A stretch of DNA of 64,000 nucleotides, from the NCBI GenBank assembly GCA_965217775.1, contig CBDCJH010000002.1, positions 3,318,686 to 3,382,685 of the forward strand, given 5' to 3'. Within the stretch, counting starts at the first letter, position 1, and the number at the start of each line of letters is the position of its first letter. The notes beneath the pieces are model-generated. The model was given only the letters and a program-made list of their open reading frames with translations. It was not told the origin of the DNA and did not search any database. Shown one piece after another: positions 35,681 to 44,956 of the stretch. Source of the stretch: Acidobacteriota bacterium. Lineage in GTDB: Bacteria > Acidobacteriota > UBA6911 > RPQK01 > JAJDTT01. The translations under genes and the position numbers were made by a program.

Positions 35681-38011
35681 GTGCGACTCTGGACCTGTTT
35701 CGTTATTGCCCTGATGGGAGTGAGTCATCCGGCCGTCGCGGCGGTCTCGCTGGAGCGAGCGCCGCAGCGCGACGAGGAAACCTTGCTGTACCTACCTTTG
35801 GACGAGCCGGACGAAGCGATCCTCATCGGCGACCGGCTCGCCATCGATCCCGTGTACCTGAGGATGGAGGCCAAGTACAAACGGGGCCGTTTCGGCGGGG
35901 CTCTGAAGTTCACGGGCCGGCCGGGGCTGCGCCAGTGCATGCTGGTATCGCTGCCCCAACGGTTCCACAGTGAGCGCCACGGCAGCCGTAAGCCCACGGT
36001 CATCGCCCGGATGGGCGACCGGGCTCAGGTGGTGGTCGACGTGCCCGAAGTGCTCACGGACATGGAACGAAGTTTCACCATCGAGTTTTGGGTGTTCCCG
36101 CAAGTGCTTCAGAATCAGACCATCGTTTCAGGGGTGAACACCGCCACCTGGGTTCCGGAGGCCTCCTGGCAGGTGGACCTGGCCGCCGACGGGAGGCTGC
36201 GCTATGCCTGCGGCTCGGGACTGCATCGCTTCGAGATGTTCAGCGACCGCCCGGTCCACATCGGCCAGTGGACGCACGTCGCGGTGGTCTGCGACACGGG
36301 CGTCTTCAGGATCTATCTCAACGGAAGCCCGGAGAGTGGCATGCAACGGATGAAGACGGCCAGAACCCAGGGCGTCACGCAACCGGGCAGTGACGGGACG
36401 ATCCTCTGCGTGGGCGGACCGGGTCCCGATGCCCTGGCCGGTTTCTTCGACGGTCTGGTCGACGAGCTGCGTTTCTCCACGGTTCCCCGGTCCTTCGATC
36501 CGGATCCGGCCGTTCTGATCCGAAACCGAAAGGAACTCTTCCTGGACGACGATCTGATCGCGGGCATGAGGGGCGTCCGTCGAGTCGTCAACCAGCCGGA
36601 ACGATACGAGGGCAATCCGCTGCTGGAGCCGAGAGGGGAATGGGAGGGGCGTTCCCTTCAGGAGCTGGGGCTCATCTACGACCATCGGCTGGGGCTGTTT
36701 CGCACCTGGTATCGCGCCATGGACAGCGCGGATACCGAGGCCAGCATGTGCTATGCCTTCAGCCGCGACGGCCTGCACTGGGAACAGCCGGAACTGGGTC
36801 TGGAAGAATATGGCGGCTCCACCCGTAACAACATCGTGGCTCGGAAGCGGTTTTTCTTCGTGTTCCTCGACCCGCTGGCCCGTCCTGGCGAGGGCAGAAT
36901 CTGCGCCACGCACAAATTGAAATACGGGGGGAACCGAGGTCCCTTCAAACAGATACTGATGCGCTCCCCCGACGGTTTGCAGTGGCCCAGTGACGAGGTG
37001 ACCAACATGAGCGGCTACTACAGTTGGGGCGCCAGGCGCTACCGCCGGATGGAAACGATCATGGGGGTGGACAGACCGATTCCCTACGCTCCCGTCTATT
37101 TCGGCAAGATCGACAAGTTGACCATCATTGAAAAGGAGGGGGAGGGGCTGAAGTCCCTGCAGTTCGCGCGCATCGGCTGGGATCTGACCCATTGGCAGAA
37201 CCCGTATCTGACCGACTTGGCGCAGACCGAAAAGAACAATCGAGGCTGGTACGGGATCAAGACCCGCGATGAGGAGAGCGTCCTGGTGGGAATTGCCGAC
37301 GCCTACCATGCCGAGGACTTGGGCCCCGAGGGCAGGAAACGCTGGCGAACCATGGGACCCGACTGCTACAAGCGGGAGGAGAGCCGATGGGTGGATTTTC
37401 AACTGATCAGCTCGCGTGACGGCTACCACTGGCGGCACGTTGCCGATCAGGCCACCTTTATGCCGGTGGGAACCGAGGGAACCTGGGACGAAGGGTCGCT
37501 CTACTACGCGCAGGTGGTGGAACCGCCCGGCTCCGACAAGCTCTACATCTATTACGAGGGCTACAAGGTCCGCCACGACTTCTCCGATCAGGGTGGCCAG
37601 GAATGGTTCGCGGAGCACAGGCATCCCGTCTGCAATCTCGGCGTCGCCTTCCTGCGCAAAGACGGCTACGTCAGTCTGGAAGCCGACGGTTCCGGAACCG
37701 TGGGGATCGTCGAAACCAAGCCGATCCGATTTTCCGGCCGGCACCTGTTCGTGAACGCGGATGCCTCGGGAGGCGCAATCCAGGTGGAGCTGTGTAATGC
37801 GGCGGGCGAGCCCCTGCGCGGCTTCAGCCGCGAAGAGGTCACGCCGCTGACCACGGACGATCTGCGGCATCGGGTCGAATGGGGCGCAACCGCGGACCTG
37901 TCGGGCCTGGCCGGCAAGGCGGTGGTGTTGAGGTTCCACCTGGAGGGGAATGCCCGCCTCTACTCCTATCGTTTCGGAGATCCCGACCCCCATTCTCGCG
38001 GGTCCGACTGA
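35681..38011 (+). CDS. LamG/ConA-like lectin domain fused to type B propeller/sandwich glycoside hydrolase-like module (paralog of 14104-16413)
   Basis: GGAGGAG RBS with a GTG start, and a signal peptide. Collinear with 14104-16413 over its full length (RFGGALKFTGRPGLRQC, FTIEFWVFPQ, WTHVAVVCD, FDGLVDELRFS, ELFLDDDLI, AFSRDGLHWEQP, SRDGYHW, VVLRFHLEGNARLYSYRF). Confidence 0.85.
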   Translation: MRLWTCFVIALMGVSHPAVAAVSLERAPQRDEETLLYLPLDEPDEAILIGDRLAIDPVYLRMEAKYKRGRFGGALKFTGRPGLRQCMLVSLPQRFHSERHGSRKPTVIARMGDRAQVVVDVPEVLTDMERSFTIEFWVFPQVLQNQTIVSGVNTATWVPEASWQVDLAADGRLRYACGSGLHRFEMFSDRPVHIGQWTHVAVVCDTGVFRIYLNGSPESGMQRMKTARTQGVTQPGSDGTILCVGGPGPDALAGFFDGLVDELRFSTVPRSFDPDPAVLIRNRKELFLDDDLIAGMRGVRRVVNQPERYEGNPLLEPRGEWEGRSLQELGLIYDHRLGLFRTWYRAMDSADTEASMCYAFSRDGLHWEQPELGLEEYGGSTRNNIVARKRFFFVFLDPLARPGEGRICATHKLKYGGNRGPFKQILMRSPDGLQWPSDEVTNMSGYYSWGARRYRRMETIMGVDRPIPYAPVYFGKIDKLTIIEKEGEGLKSLQFARIGWDLTHWQNPYLTDLAQTEKNNRGWYGIKTRDEESVLVGIADAYHAEDLGPEGRKRWRTMGPDCYKREESRWVDFQLISSRDGYHWRHVADQATFMPVGTEGTWDEGSLYYAQVVEPPGSDKLYIYYEGYKVRHDFSDQGGQEWFAEHRHPVCNLGVAFLRKDGYVSLEADGSGTVGIVETKPIRFSGRHLFVNADASGGAIQVELCNAAGEPLRGFSREEVTPLTTDDLRHRVEWGATADLSGLAGKAVVLRFHLEGNARLYSYRFGDPDPHSRGSD

Positions 38012-38085
38012 GAGGGGGGAGGGGCCTGAGTCGCGCCAGACGGGAGGCCAGGAGGCGGGCCACCGCCCACAATGGGGGATCGGCG

Positions 38086-39717
38086 CTACTCCTCCAGGAA
38101 TCGGAAGGCGAAAAGACGGGAGTTCTTCAGGTAGAACTTGAGCTTGATGACTTGACCCTCCAATCCGCTCAGTTCGCTACGGCCGTTCCAAGCGGCGATC
38201 CCGGTTCGCGTCAGGGGATCCGAGTCCTGAAACGTGTGTCCCCGGACCCGGAAGTAATCTCCAGCCAGGATCTCCACCCGGACCTCCCCGGAGCCGGTCT
38301 TCGGCCCCTTCGCCAGGTTGACCTCGAGACGCTTGCCGGAGAAGGAAAAGGCCCGCGTGATCACCTGCGCGTAGCCCTCGGCGCCATCCGTCCGGGCGGC
38401 GTCTTCGATCGAGCCCAACGCCTTGGCGTTGAAGCCGGCTCCCGCTTCGGTCGCTCCCGGCTCCAGGGAGACGAAACCGTCCATCGGAATCGTGGCCACT
38501 CCCATGGCGCCCATGGGTCCGGGGCCGCCGACCTCGCGAAAGAGACGATCCCGGAAGTTGGTGCCGTGGTAGAAGATGAAGAAACGATCCCCATGGAGAA
38601 TGGGTTGCTGGGCGTAGATGGTCACGGAATCCCAGGCCGGCTCCTCTCCCAGCCGAATGAAGGGCTCCCGGTAGCGCCTGTCCCAGTGAATCCCGTCACG
38701 GCTGAAGACGAACTGGGGCCATATGTAGAGCGGGTCCTCGGGAGTCCTCCGGCCGGGACGATAGTTCCAGAGCATCCCCAGGTAGAGGCCTTCATGGGTG
38801 GTGGCCCACATGCTGTAGAAATGCAGCCCTGCCGGGTCCCGGTCGTCGGGGACGATAATGGTCTGGGGATCGGACCAGTGAATCAGGTCCCGGCTTTCGG
38901 CTCTCCCGATCAGCCGCATCCGCAGCCCGCAGCGCTTATGCTGGCAGTTCTCCATGTGCATGGCATAGACCTGACGGATCGGATCCCAACCGACGGTGGC
39001 CGTCGGTCCCCACAGATAGCTCTGGTACCCTCTCCGCCTGGCCCAGGGTTCGCCTTCGGGATTAACCTTGGCAGGTCCCGAGGGACGAATTACGGGGTTG
39101 CCCGGGTGGGGCACCCAGTTGAAGGCGTCGGCCGAGTAGTAGAGGTTCCAAACCCGGGTCCTCTTGACCTCCAACTGTCCGGGGACGGTCCCTTCGGCTG
39201 CCACCTGGGCCAGCGCCTTGTAGCGGCGTGAGGGGTCCTGCTCGCGGGGATCGACGAAGATGCCGCCTTTGATGGAAGGCCAGTTCGCGGGCGCCAGGAT
39301 GTTGTTGTCCCGGGAACCCCGGAACTCCACGAAACCCAGCGAGGGCTTTTCCCACCGGTAACCGTCCCGGGATTCGGCGTACAGGAATTTCCGGTCCTTG
39401 CCGTTGGGTTTTCCATCTTCGTCGGCGTACAGGACACTCGAGGTGTACCACATGCGAAACCGTTGGCGGGCGTCATCGTAGAAAACGGTCCCGTAGTGCA
39501 GAGACTGCCCCTCCCAGGGACGGTCCTGGCGGATGACCGGGTTTCCTTCATGCTTCCGGGCGGTATGGAATACGCGACGGGCGCCCACCAGAGCCTCGAC
39601 CAGGTATTCGTCCAGAAACATCTGCTTCTGGGAACCGATGTGGATGAGCCCGGGAGGACCGGCCTGCACCGCACCGCCCAGCCAGACGTAGAGCGCCAAT
39701 AAGAATCGACCCTGCAT
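38086..39717 (-). CDS. putative glycoside hydrolase-like protein, type B propeller/sandwich family
   Basis: Signal peptide. Blocks QMFLDEYLVE, GNPVI, PWEG, FRMWY, YAESRDGYRWEKP, NNIL, SADAFNW, SRDGIHW, VIKLKFYLKNSRLFAFRF. It is a paralog of 46621-48165. Confidence 0.85.
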   Translation of the reverse strand: MQGRFLLALYVWLGGAVQAGPPGLIHIGSQKQMFLDEYLVEALVGARRVFHTARKHEGNPVIRQDRPWEGQSLHYGTVFYDDARQRFRMWYTSSVLYADEDGKPNGKDRKFLYAESRDGYRWEKPSLGFVEFRGSRDNNILAPANWPSIKGGIFVDPREQDPSRRYKALAQVAAEGTVPGQLEVKRTRVWNLYYSADAFNWVPHPGNPVIRPSGPAKVNPEGEPWARRRGYQSYLWGPTATVGWDPIRQVYAMHMENCQHKRCGLRMRLIGRAESRDLIHWSDPQTIIVPDDRDPAGLHFYSMWATTHEGLYLGMLWNYRPGRRTPEDPLYIWPQFVFSRDGIHWDRRYREPFIRLGEEPAWDSVTIYAQQPILHGDRFFIFYHGTNFRDRLFREVGGPGPMGAMGVATIPMDGFVSLEPGATEAGAGFNAKALGSIEDAARTDGAEGYAQVITRAFSFSGKRLEVNLAKGPKTGSGEVRVEILAGDYFRVRGHTFQDSDPLTRTGIAAWNGRSELSGLEGQVIKLKFYLKNSRLFAFRFLEE

Positions 39718-39904
39718 TGTTGGCTCCTTTCGAGTCTGGTTGCAGTGTCCGGATGCGGACTTCAGGAGGTTGGTGTTCCCACCCGTAATGGTAGGATAGC
39801 AGGAACCAGAGCCTCTGACACCCGGGATGAAGGACCCTCTACTGCCGCTCTCGCCTTGACGCCGAACGCGTCAGGACTGGGGTATGGACAGCCCCGGCAA
39901 GACG

Positions 39905-40020
39905 GACGAGCCCATCGTCATAGCCGATAACCGGACCATTGACCCGGCTTACGTCCGTATGGAGGCCAAGTACAAGCAGGGGAGATTCGGCGGAGCGCTG
40001 AAACACGTTGTTCGTCCGGG
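39905..40020 (+). pseudogene. fragment of a LamG-fusion gene N-terminus
   Basis: It encodes DEPIVIADNRTIDPAYVRMEAKYKQGRFGGALKHVVRPG, matching residues about 43-80 of 35681-38011 (DEPDEAILIGDRLAIDPVYLRMEAKYKRGRFGGALKFTGRPG). No homologous sequence lies on either side. Confidence 0.65.
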
Positions 40021-40036
40021 TAGGAGAGGAGGCATT

Positions 40037-40867
40037 ATGAAGCCCGCAAGTGTGGTTCTGATCGCGGTTCTGGTCGTCCTTCCTGCGCCGGCGTGGGGCG
40101 AGGGCGGCGATATGAGGATCGAAGACCTGCTCGAGAAACATCTGGGCTTTCTCACCGATGGCAAGGCCCCGTCGTCCGTCAACAATCGGCTGTTGTTGGG
40201 AACCTGTTCCTTCCGGGTGTTGATCGGCCGAAGTGCAAGCCTCTCGGGACCGGTCAACTTCCTCTCCCAAGGGAACAAGGTCAGACTGCTGGTCCGATTC
40301 AATGATTCCGGCTACCGCGGCGAGAACATCATCCATGACGGCAAGAGTGTCCGTGTCGACCAGATCAGTCCCGGTGCCCGATCCCAGCTCGGCGATTTCT
40401 TCTATCGCTTCGAGGAGGTGGTCCGGGAAGGACTGGTTGGAGGGGTGCTCTCCACCGCTTGGCCTCTACTCGACCTCAAGCGGCGCCAGGCGAAGCTGGA
40501 GTACGAAGGACTCAAGAAGATCGAGGGCCAGGAGCTGCATGGGGTAACGTACCACGCGAAACGGCCGGGGGAGGCTCGGGTCCATCTCTATTTCGACCCC
40601 GAGTCGTACGGTCACATGTTGACGATCTACCGGGTGATGGTGTCGCGGTCCGGGAGCGTGGCCATCCGCACCACGCGAGACCGGTTCACTTTGGAGGAGC
40701 GGTTCGGGGACTTCCGCGCTCTGGATGGGTGGGCTCTGCCCAGCCAATGGAGCCTGAAGCTCACCCTTCAAACCGATCGCGGCAACTCGGTTTCGGAGTG
40801 GAGCATGGCGATTGACAATGCCTCCCACAACCAACAGATGAACCCCCAGTATTTCAAGCTGAAATGA
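40037..40867 (+). CDS. hypothetical secreted protein
   Basis: GGAGG RBS and signal peptide MKPASVVLIAVLVVLPAPAWG. No recognisable motif. The ORF-track start at 39884 merely fuses it to the upstream LamG fragment. Confidence 0.6.
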   Translation: MKPASVVLIAVLVVLPAPAWGEGGDMRIEDLLEKHLGFLTDGKAPSSVNNRLLLGTCSFRVLIGRSASLSGPVNFLSQGNKVRLLVRFNDSGYRGENIIHDGKSVRVDQISPGARSQLGDFFYRFEEVVREGLVGGVLSTAWPLLDLKRRQAKLEYEGLKKIEGQELHGVTYHAKRPGEARVHLYFDPESYGHMLTIYRVMVSRSGSVAIRTTRDRFTLEERFGDFRALDGWALPSQWSLKLTLQTDRGNSVSEWSMAIDNASHNQQMNPQYFKLK

Positions 40868-40983
40868 GGGATGCCGGCCGGCCGGGAGGTTCGAGCCGCC
40901 GGCCGCAGCGGGACCTGACGGCCCTCGACAGCCGAAGGTATCCCGTCCTGAAATCCGGTCTACGGCCGGGATGCAGCAAGACA

Positions 40984-41027
40984 GAAAGGGGTGGCGCCGA
41001 ACCAGGTCGTTCAGCGCCACCCCTTTC
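40984..41027. terminator. bidirectional hairpin between convergent genes
   Basis: Perfect 14-bp stem GAAAGGGGTGGCGC / GCGCCACCCCTTTC with a 16-nt loop. It lies between the stop at 40867 (plus strand) and the stop at 41059 (minus strand). There is no clear U-tract. Confidence 0.55.
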
Positions 41028-41058
41028 TAATCGTCTCCCTCTGTTGAGGCCAGGAGAT

Positions 41059-44000
41059 CTAGAAATCGATTCGCAAGGCGAACTGGATCTGACGGGCCAT
41101 CCCTGCGGTCGTGACGACGCCGAAGCTTCCGGACGAAACGTTGCCACGGGGCGGGCCGAAATTCACGTTGTTGAAGACGTTGAAGAATTCCGTGCGAAAC
41201 TCGACGAAGCGCGTTTCTCCCAAGGCGAAGCGCTTCATCAATCCGATGTCGAAATTGATGATGCCGTCGGTGCGAATGGGAAACGCGACCGAGTTGCCAT
41301 AGGTGGTCGGGTTGACGGAGAAGCACCTGGTGTCAAAGAACTTGGTGACCGATCGGTTACCTTCGGATATGTTCCCGTCACAGGTGCGATCCGGAAGTAC
41401 GACTCGACGCCTTCCGATGTTCAGGACATCGCTCCCCGCATCGATTTCCATCTGCGGCTGCCCGCTCTGGAGGGTCACCAGAGTGGTCAGCTCCCAGCCA
41501 TAGAGGAGCTGCCGCCCCAGTCCCTGAAGACCTCGTCCAAAAGGCAACTCATAGATTCCCGTCGTATAGAAGGCGCTGGCGGCATGCCAGGGAGCTATGG
41601 TCCGAGACGCCGAGCGATCGTATTCGTTCTGGGCCGTGCGCTGGTGATTGGTCAGCAGATTCTTCGACCAGGTATAACCGGCTACCAGACTCAGGCCGTC
41701 GCTGAAGCGCCTTTCGAAGCGGGTCTGAAACGAGTTGTAGGAGGTGTTCATGTCGGAAATGATGTAGCGGTTGGGGCGAATCGGAGGATAGGGCCGGCGG
41801 TCGAGCTGGGCGCCCGTCGCCGTCAGCGTAGCGCCGTCGTTGGGAAGCTGAAACCGCACCCCCTCCGGCAGCGCCACGTTGAAGTTGCGGGCTCCGAACT
41901 GATGGCTCCCCTTGTTCCCCACGTAGGCCACCTCCACGCGTGTCTCCGGCATCAGTTCGTGTTGGAGCGAAAGACTCCAATTCTGCACGTCGCCGGGTGT
42001 CCAGTGGGGATCCGCCATATAGTTCGACGGCCACTCCGAAAGTGACGAACCGGCGACGATGGATGGGGCGACCCCGTACATGACGGTCGGCACCTGGCCC
42101 CGCGGATTTCTTCCGTCCGACGCCCCGGTCAACTGGGGAAGATTCCCGGCGCTCCGGAAGTAAACGAAGGTGGAATCGTCGAACGATCTGCCGTAACCGA
42201 CTCTCAGCGCCGTGCGATTCCCTCCGAAGGGTCTCCAGGCGATCCCGATTCGGGGAGCGAAGTCCCGATAGTCCGGCTCGGTCACCCGCCGGGTATCGAG
42301 CAGGACGGCCGGAATAGGCGAACGATTGGGGCCCTCCAGCGGTCCGCCCAGGATCGGCTGGACGGGGGCGTCCTTGAGGAGGCGGGCCACCGGATTGTAG
42401 CGGTCGGAGCCCAGTTCGAAGAAGGCCAGACCTCGTCCGTCGGACATGAGGACAGGCAGGCTGATTTCGTGCCGGATCCCCAGCGTCAAGGTCAGATTGG
42501 GGGTCACCCTCCAACTGTCCCCAAGGAACCAGTTGTAGAAGCTCTTGGTCGGATAATTGTTGATGAAGTCATGCTGCAACGTGTAGCTGACGGAGGAGGG
42601 GTATCCCAGCAGAAAATCGGCGATGACCTGCCCCTGGGAGCCGCCGATCTGGGCGGTGGCGTAGCCGTCGAAGCCCATGCCGCCGCCCCCGGTGCGCGCT
42701 CCTCCCGCGATGAGCTTGTAGCGTTGGGTGGAGATGCCGAACTTGATGATGTGGTCGCCCGTGTTCCAACTGATCACTTCCTTAGCTCCACCGTCGGTGC
42801 CGAAATCGTATTCATTGTCCATGCTCCGAATATCGGGATAGGGCCGAATCCGTGTCCTGGGAACTCCCCACCCCGCCTCCGGGACGGTATCTGCGTGGTC
42901 GAACCCGAAGACCTCGGCCCAATTCTGGTGCAGCTCATCGGGAGGGGAGTTCTTGGAGTGCTTGCGGCCCAGGTAGAGGCTCAATTCATTGTTGACGTTC
43001 GGTCCGAAGTTCTTGATGTAGCCGGCGGCGACCTGAAAGCCCCGCTGCCGATCCTGGATGAAGGTCACGTTCGGCGTGTAGTGGAAACCCGTCGTCTTGG
43101 GAGATCTCTGCCAGGTCCAGCGGCCCCAGAGCTGGTCTCCCCCCTCGAAGTTCTGGTCGATCCGGATGTTCCACTTGTCCACATCCGTGTTGTCGACGGC
43201 GTTCCAGAAATAATTGGGGTTGGAGCCGGGGGGTTGGTTGGGAGGCGGAGGCAGGAAGGTTCCGTCCTGAACGATGGCCCGCGCCACCGGATTCATCCGG
43301 TCCGACGGGACCCGGTTGCCGGGAAACGGCATCCGTTGGCCGTCGACCACGTTCATCGGATCGTAGATGATCCGACCGGGCCAGTGGCCATCGAGACCGA
43401 AGACTCCGTTACGTTCGTTTTCCGTTGGTGAGATCTGCGAGCGCACGAAATTGCTGCGCTGTCTCAGCCCCTCGTAGGAGAAGAAGAAGAAGGTGCTGTC
43501 CTTGAAGATGGGTCCGCCCAACGTCGCCCCAAACTGGTGCCGCTTGTAGGGGACCGTACCGGTCCCCACCCGGTTGGCCATGAAGTTGTTGGCGTCCAAG
43601 GCGTCGTTTCGCGCATAGTCCCAAATGGAACCGTGAAACTCGTTGGTTCCCGACTTCGAGACCATGGTGATCACGGCGCCCGAGACTCGTCCGTATTCGG
43701 CCGAGTAGTTGTTCGTGACCACCTTGAATTCCTGGATGGCGTCCGGCGAGGGCCGTGTGGTCGGCATGTTCTGATACAGATCCTGGTTCGGGGTCCCGTC
43801 CAGCAGCAGTAGATTCTGGCTGTACTGCTGACCATTGAACCCGGGCAGCCGGGGCTGCGCCGCCGGTATGTCCCTCAGCGGCGCCACCACCGCTCCCGTC
43901 ATGTAACGCGCCAACTGAAAGATATCCCGTTCATTCAAGGGGAGATCCTTGATCTGGCGTTCGGTCGTGACCGCGCCCAGATCGGCCGTCTCCGTCTCCA

Positions 44001-44385
44001 CCACCGGTGATCCTCCTATGACGGTGATCGTCTCGGCGATTTCGCCGACGGTCATGGAGAAGTCAAGGCGCGCCCGCTGCCGAACTTCGAGCCGCACTCC
44101 TTCTCTCACCTGCGTCTTGAATGCCGGGAGTGAAACGCGAACGGTGTAGATGCCCGGAGGCAGGTTCTCGACGACGTAGTCCCCACGCTCGTTTGTGATC
44201 CCACCTCGGGTCACGTTCGTGGCGACGTTGGTGATGTCGACGCTCACACCCGGAAGCGCCCCTTCGCTGATGTCGCTGACCGTCCCCACCAGGGCAGCGT
44301 CTTCGCCTTGAGCCATTCCCGGAATACTCAAGAGCAGAACGGCCAGCCCAAACACACTCAAACGGATAGCGGTTGTAGTCCTCAT
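41059..44385 (-). CDS. TonB-dependent outer-membrane receptor with N-terminal carboxypeptidase-regulatory-like domain
   Basis: Signal peptide, then the CarboxypepD_reg pattern GTVSD..GALPGVSVDITNV..T..GGITNERGDYVVENLPPGIYTVRVSLPAFKT. Plug-like region follows. The long beta-barrel ends in ..RQIQFALRIDF with a terminal aromatic residue. Confidence 0.88.
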   Translation of the reverse strand: MRTTTAIRLSVFGLAVLLLSIPGMAQGEDAALVGTVSDISEGALPGVSVDITNVATNVTRGGITNERGDYVVENLPPGIYTVRVSLPAFKTQVREGVRLEVRQRARLDFSMTVGEIAETITVIGGSPVVETETADLGAVTTERQIKDLPLNERDIFQLARYMTGAVVAPLRDIPAAQPRLPGFNGQQYSQNLLLLDGTPNQDLYQNMPTTRPSPDAIQEFKVVTNNYSAEYGRVSGAVITMVSKSGTNEFHGSIWDYARNDALDANNFMANRVGTGTVPYKRHQFGATLGGPIFKDSTFFFFSYEGLRQRSNFVRSQISPTENERNGVFGLDGHWPGRIIYDPMNVVDGQRMPFPGNRVPSDRMNPVARAIVQDGTFLPPPPNQPPGSNPNYFWNAVDNTDVDKWNIRIDQNFEGGDQLWGRWTWQRSPKTTGFHYTPNVTFIQDRQRGFQVAAGYIKNFGPNVNNELSLYLGRKHSKNSPPDELHQNWAEVFGFDHADTVPEAGWGVPRTRIRPYPDIRSMDNEYDFGTDGGAKEVISWNTGDHIIKFGISTQRYKLIAGGARTGGGGMGFDGYATAQIGGSQGQVIADFLLGYPSSVSYTLQHDFINNYPTKSFYNWFLGDSWRVTPNLTLTLGIRHEISLPVLMSDGRGLAFFELGSDRYNPVARLLKDAPVQPILGGPLEGPNRSPIPAVLLDTRRVTEPDYRDFAPRIGIAWRPFGGNRTALRVGYGRSFDDSTFVYFRSAGNLPQLTGASDGRNPRGQVPTVMYGVAPSIVAGSSLSEWPSNYMADPHWTPGDVQNWSLSLQHELMPETRVEVAYVGNKGSHQFGARNFNVALPEGVRFQLPNDGATLTATGAQLDRRPYPPIRPNRYIISDMNTSYNSFQTRFERRFSDGLSLVAGYTWSKNLLTNHQRTAQNEYDRSASRTIAPWHAASAFYTTGIYELPFGRGLQGLGRQLLYGWELTTLVTLQSGQPQMEIDAGSDVLNIGRRRVVLPDRTCDGNISEGNRSVTKFFDTRCFSVNPTTYGNSVAFPIRTDGIINFDIGLMKRFALGETRFVEFRTEFFNVFNNVNFGPPRGNVSSGSFGVVTTAGMARQIQFALRIDF

Positions 44386-44500
44386 GTCACCTCCATCGGC
44401 GAGAACCGTTGCGTTATGCCAGGCCAGGATCAGGTTCGGCTCGCGCGCCGGAAGAAGCGCTCAGTGGATAGCCAGTGGGAACTCACCCGACAGGGCGGGC

Positions 44501-44515
44501 GATGTCCTGGACATC
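44501..44515. promoter_or_regulatory. perfect 15-bp palindrome GATGTCC-T-GGACATC upstream of the TonB-dependent receptor gene
   Basis: Seen directly. It lies 116-130 nt upstream of the receptor ATG, inside a 570-bp divergent intergenic region that is more AT-rich than the rest of the window. Confidence 0.35.
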
Positions 44516-44956
44516 CGGAGCAGGTACGATGTGCCGGCGGTGGAGCCTTCCTGGGCTACCAGCATGACGAATAACCCAACGGACGGTCTAAATAGCAAAG
44601 TTGTATGATCTGGAGCTAGCTTGGCACTTAAGGCAAGATCATCCAGCCTCATTGCGTTCACAGGCAGCAATTCCAGTGCCAGGGCGCATCGCACCTCTCT
44701 AATAACTGCTTTAAATTGAATACGTTAGCCCATTAACTGCCCATCAAGCCAATTGGCTGACGCTCTCGGACCGGGAGCGGATTCAAAAAATTGGACAATT
44801 CCCGGCGACATGGTTCAAGAATGTGGATCGCAAGGGTGGCAAAGGGCCCGTATGGCGATGGAATTGGACAGATGTTACCATCGGAGAATCGAGTTGGGAC
44901 AGGCCGGAAAGGCAGGTCCATTCCATGTTATCCACAGTGACCGCGGAGAAGCTTTC

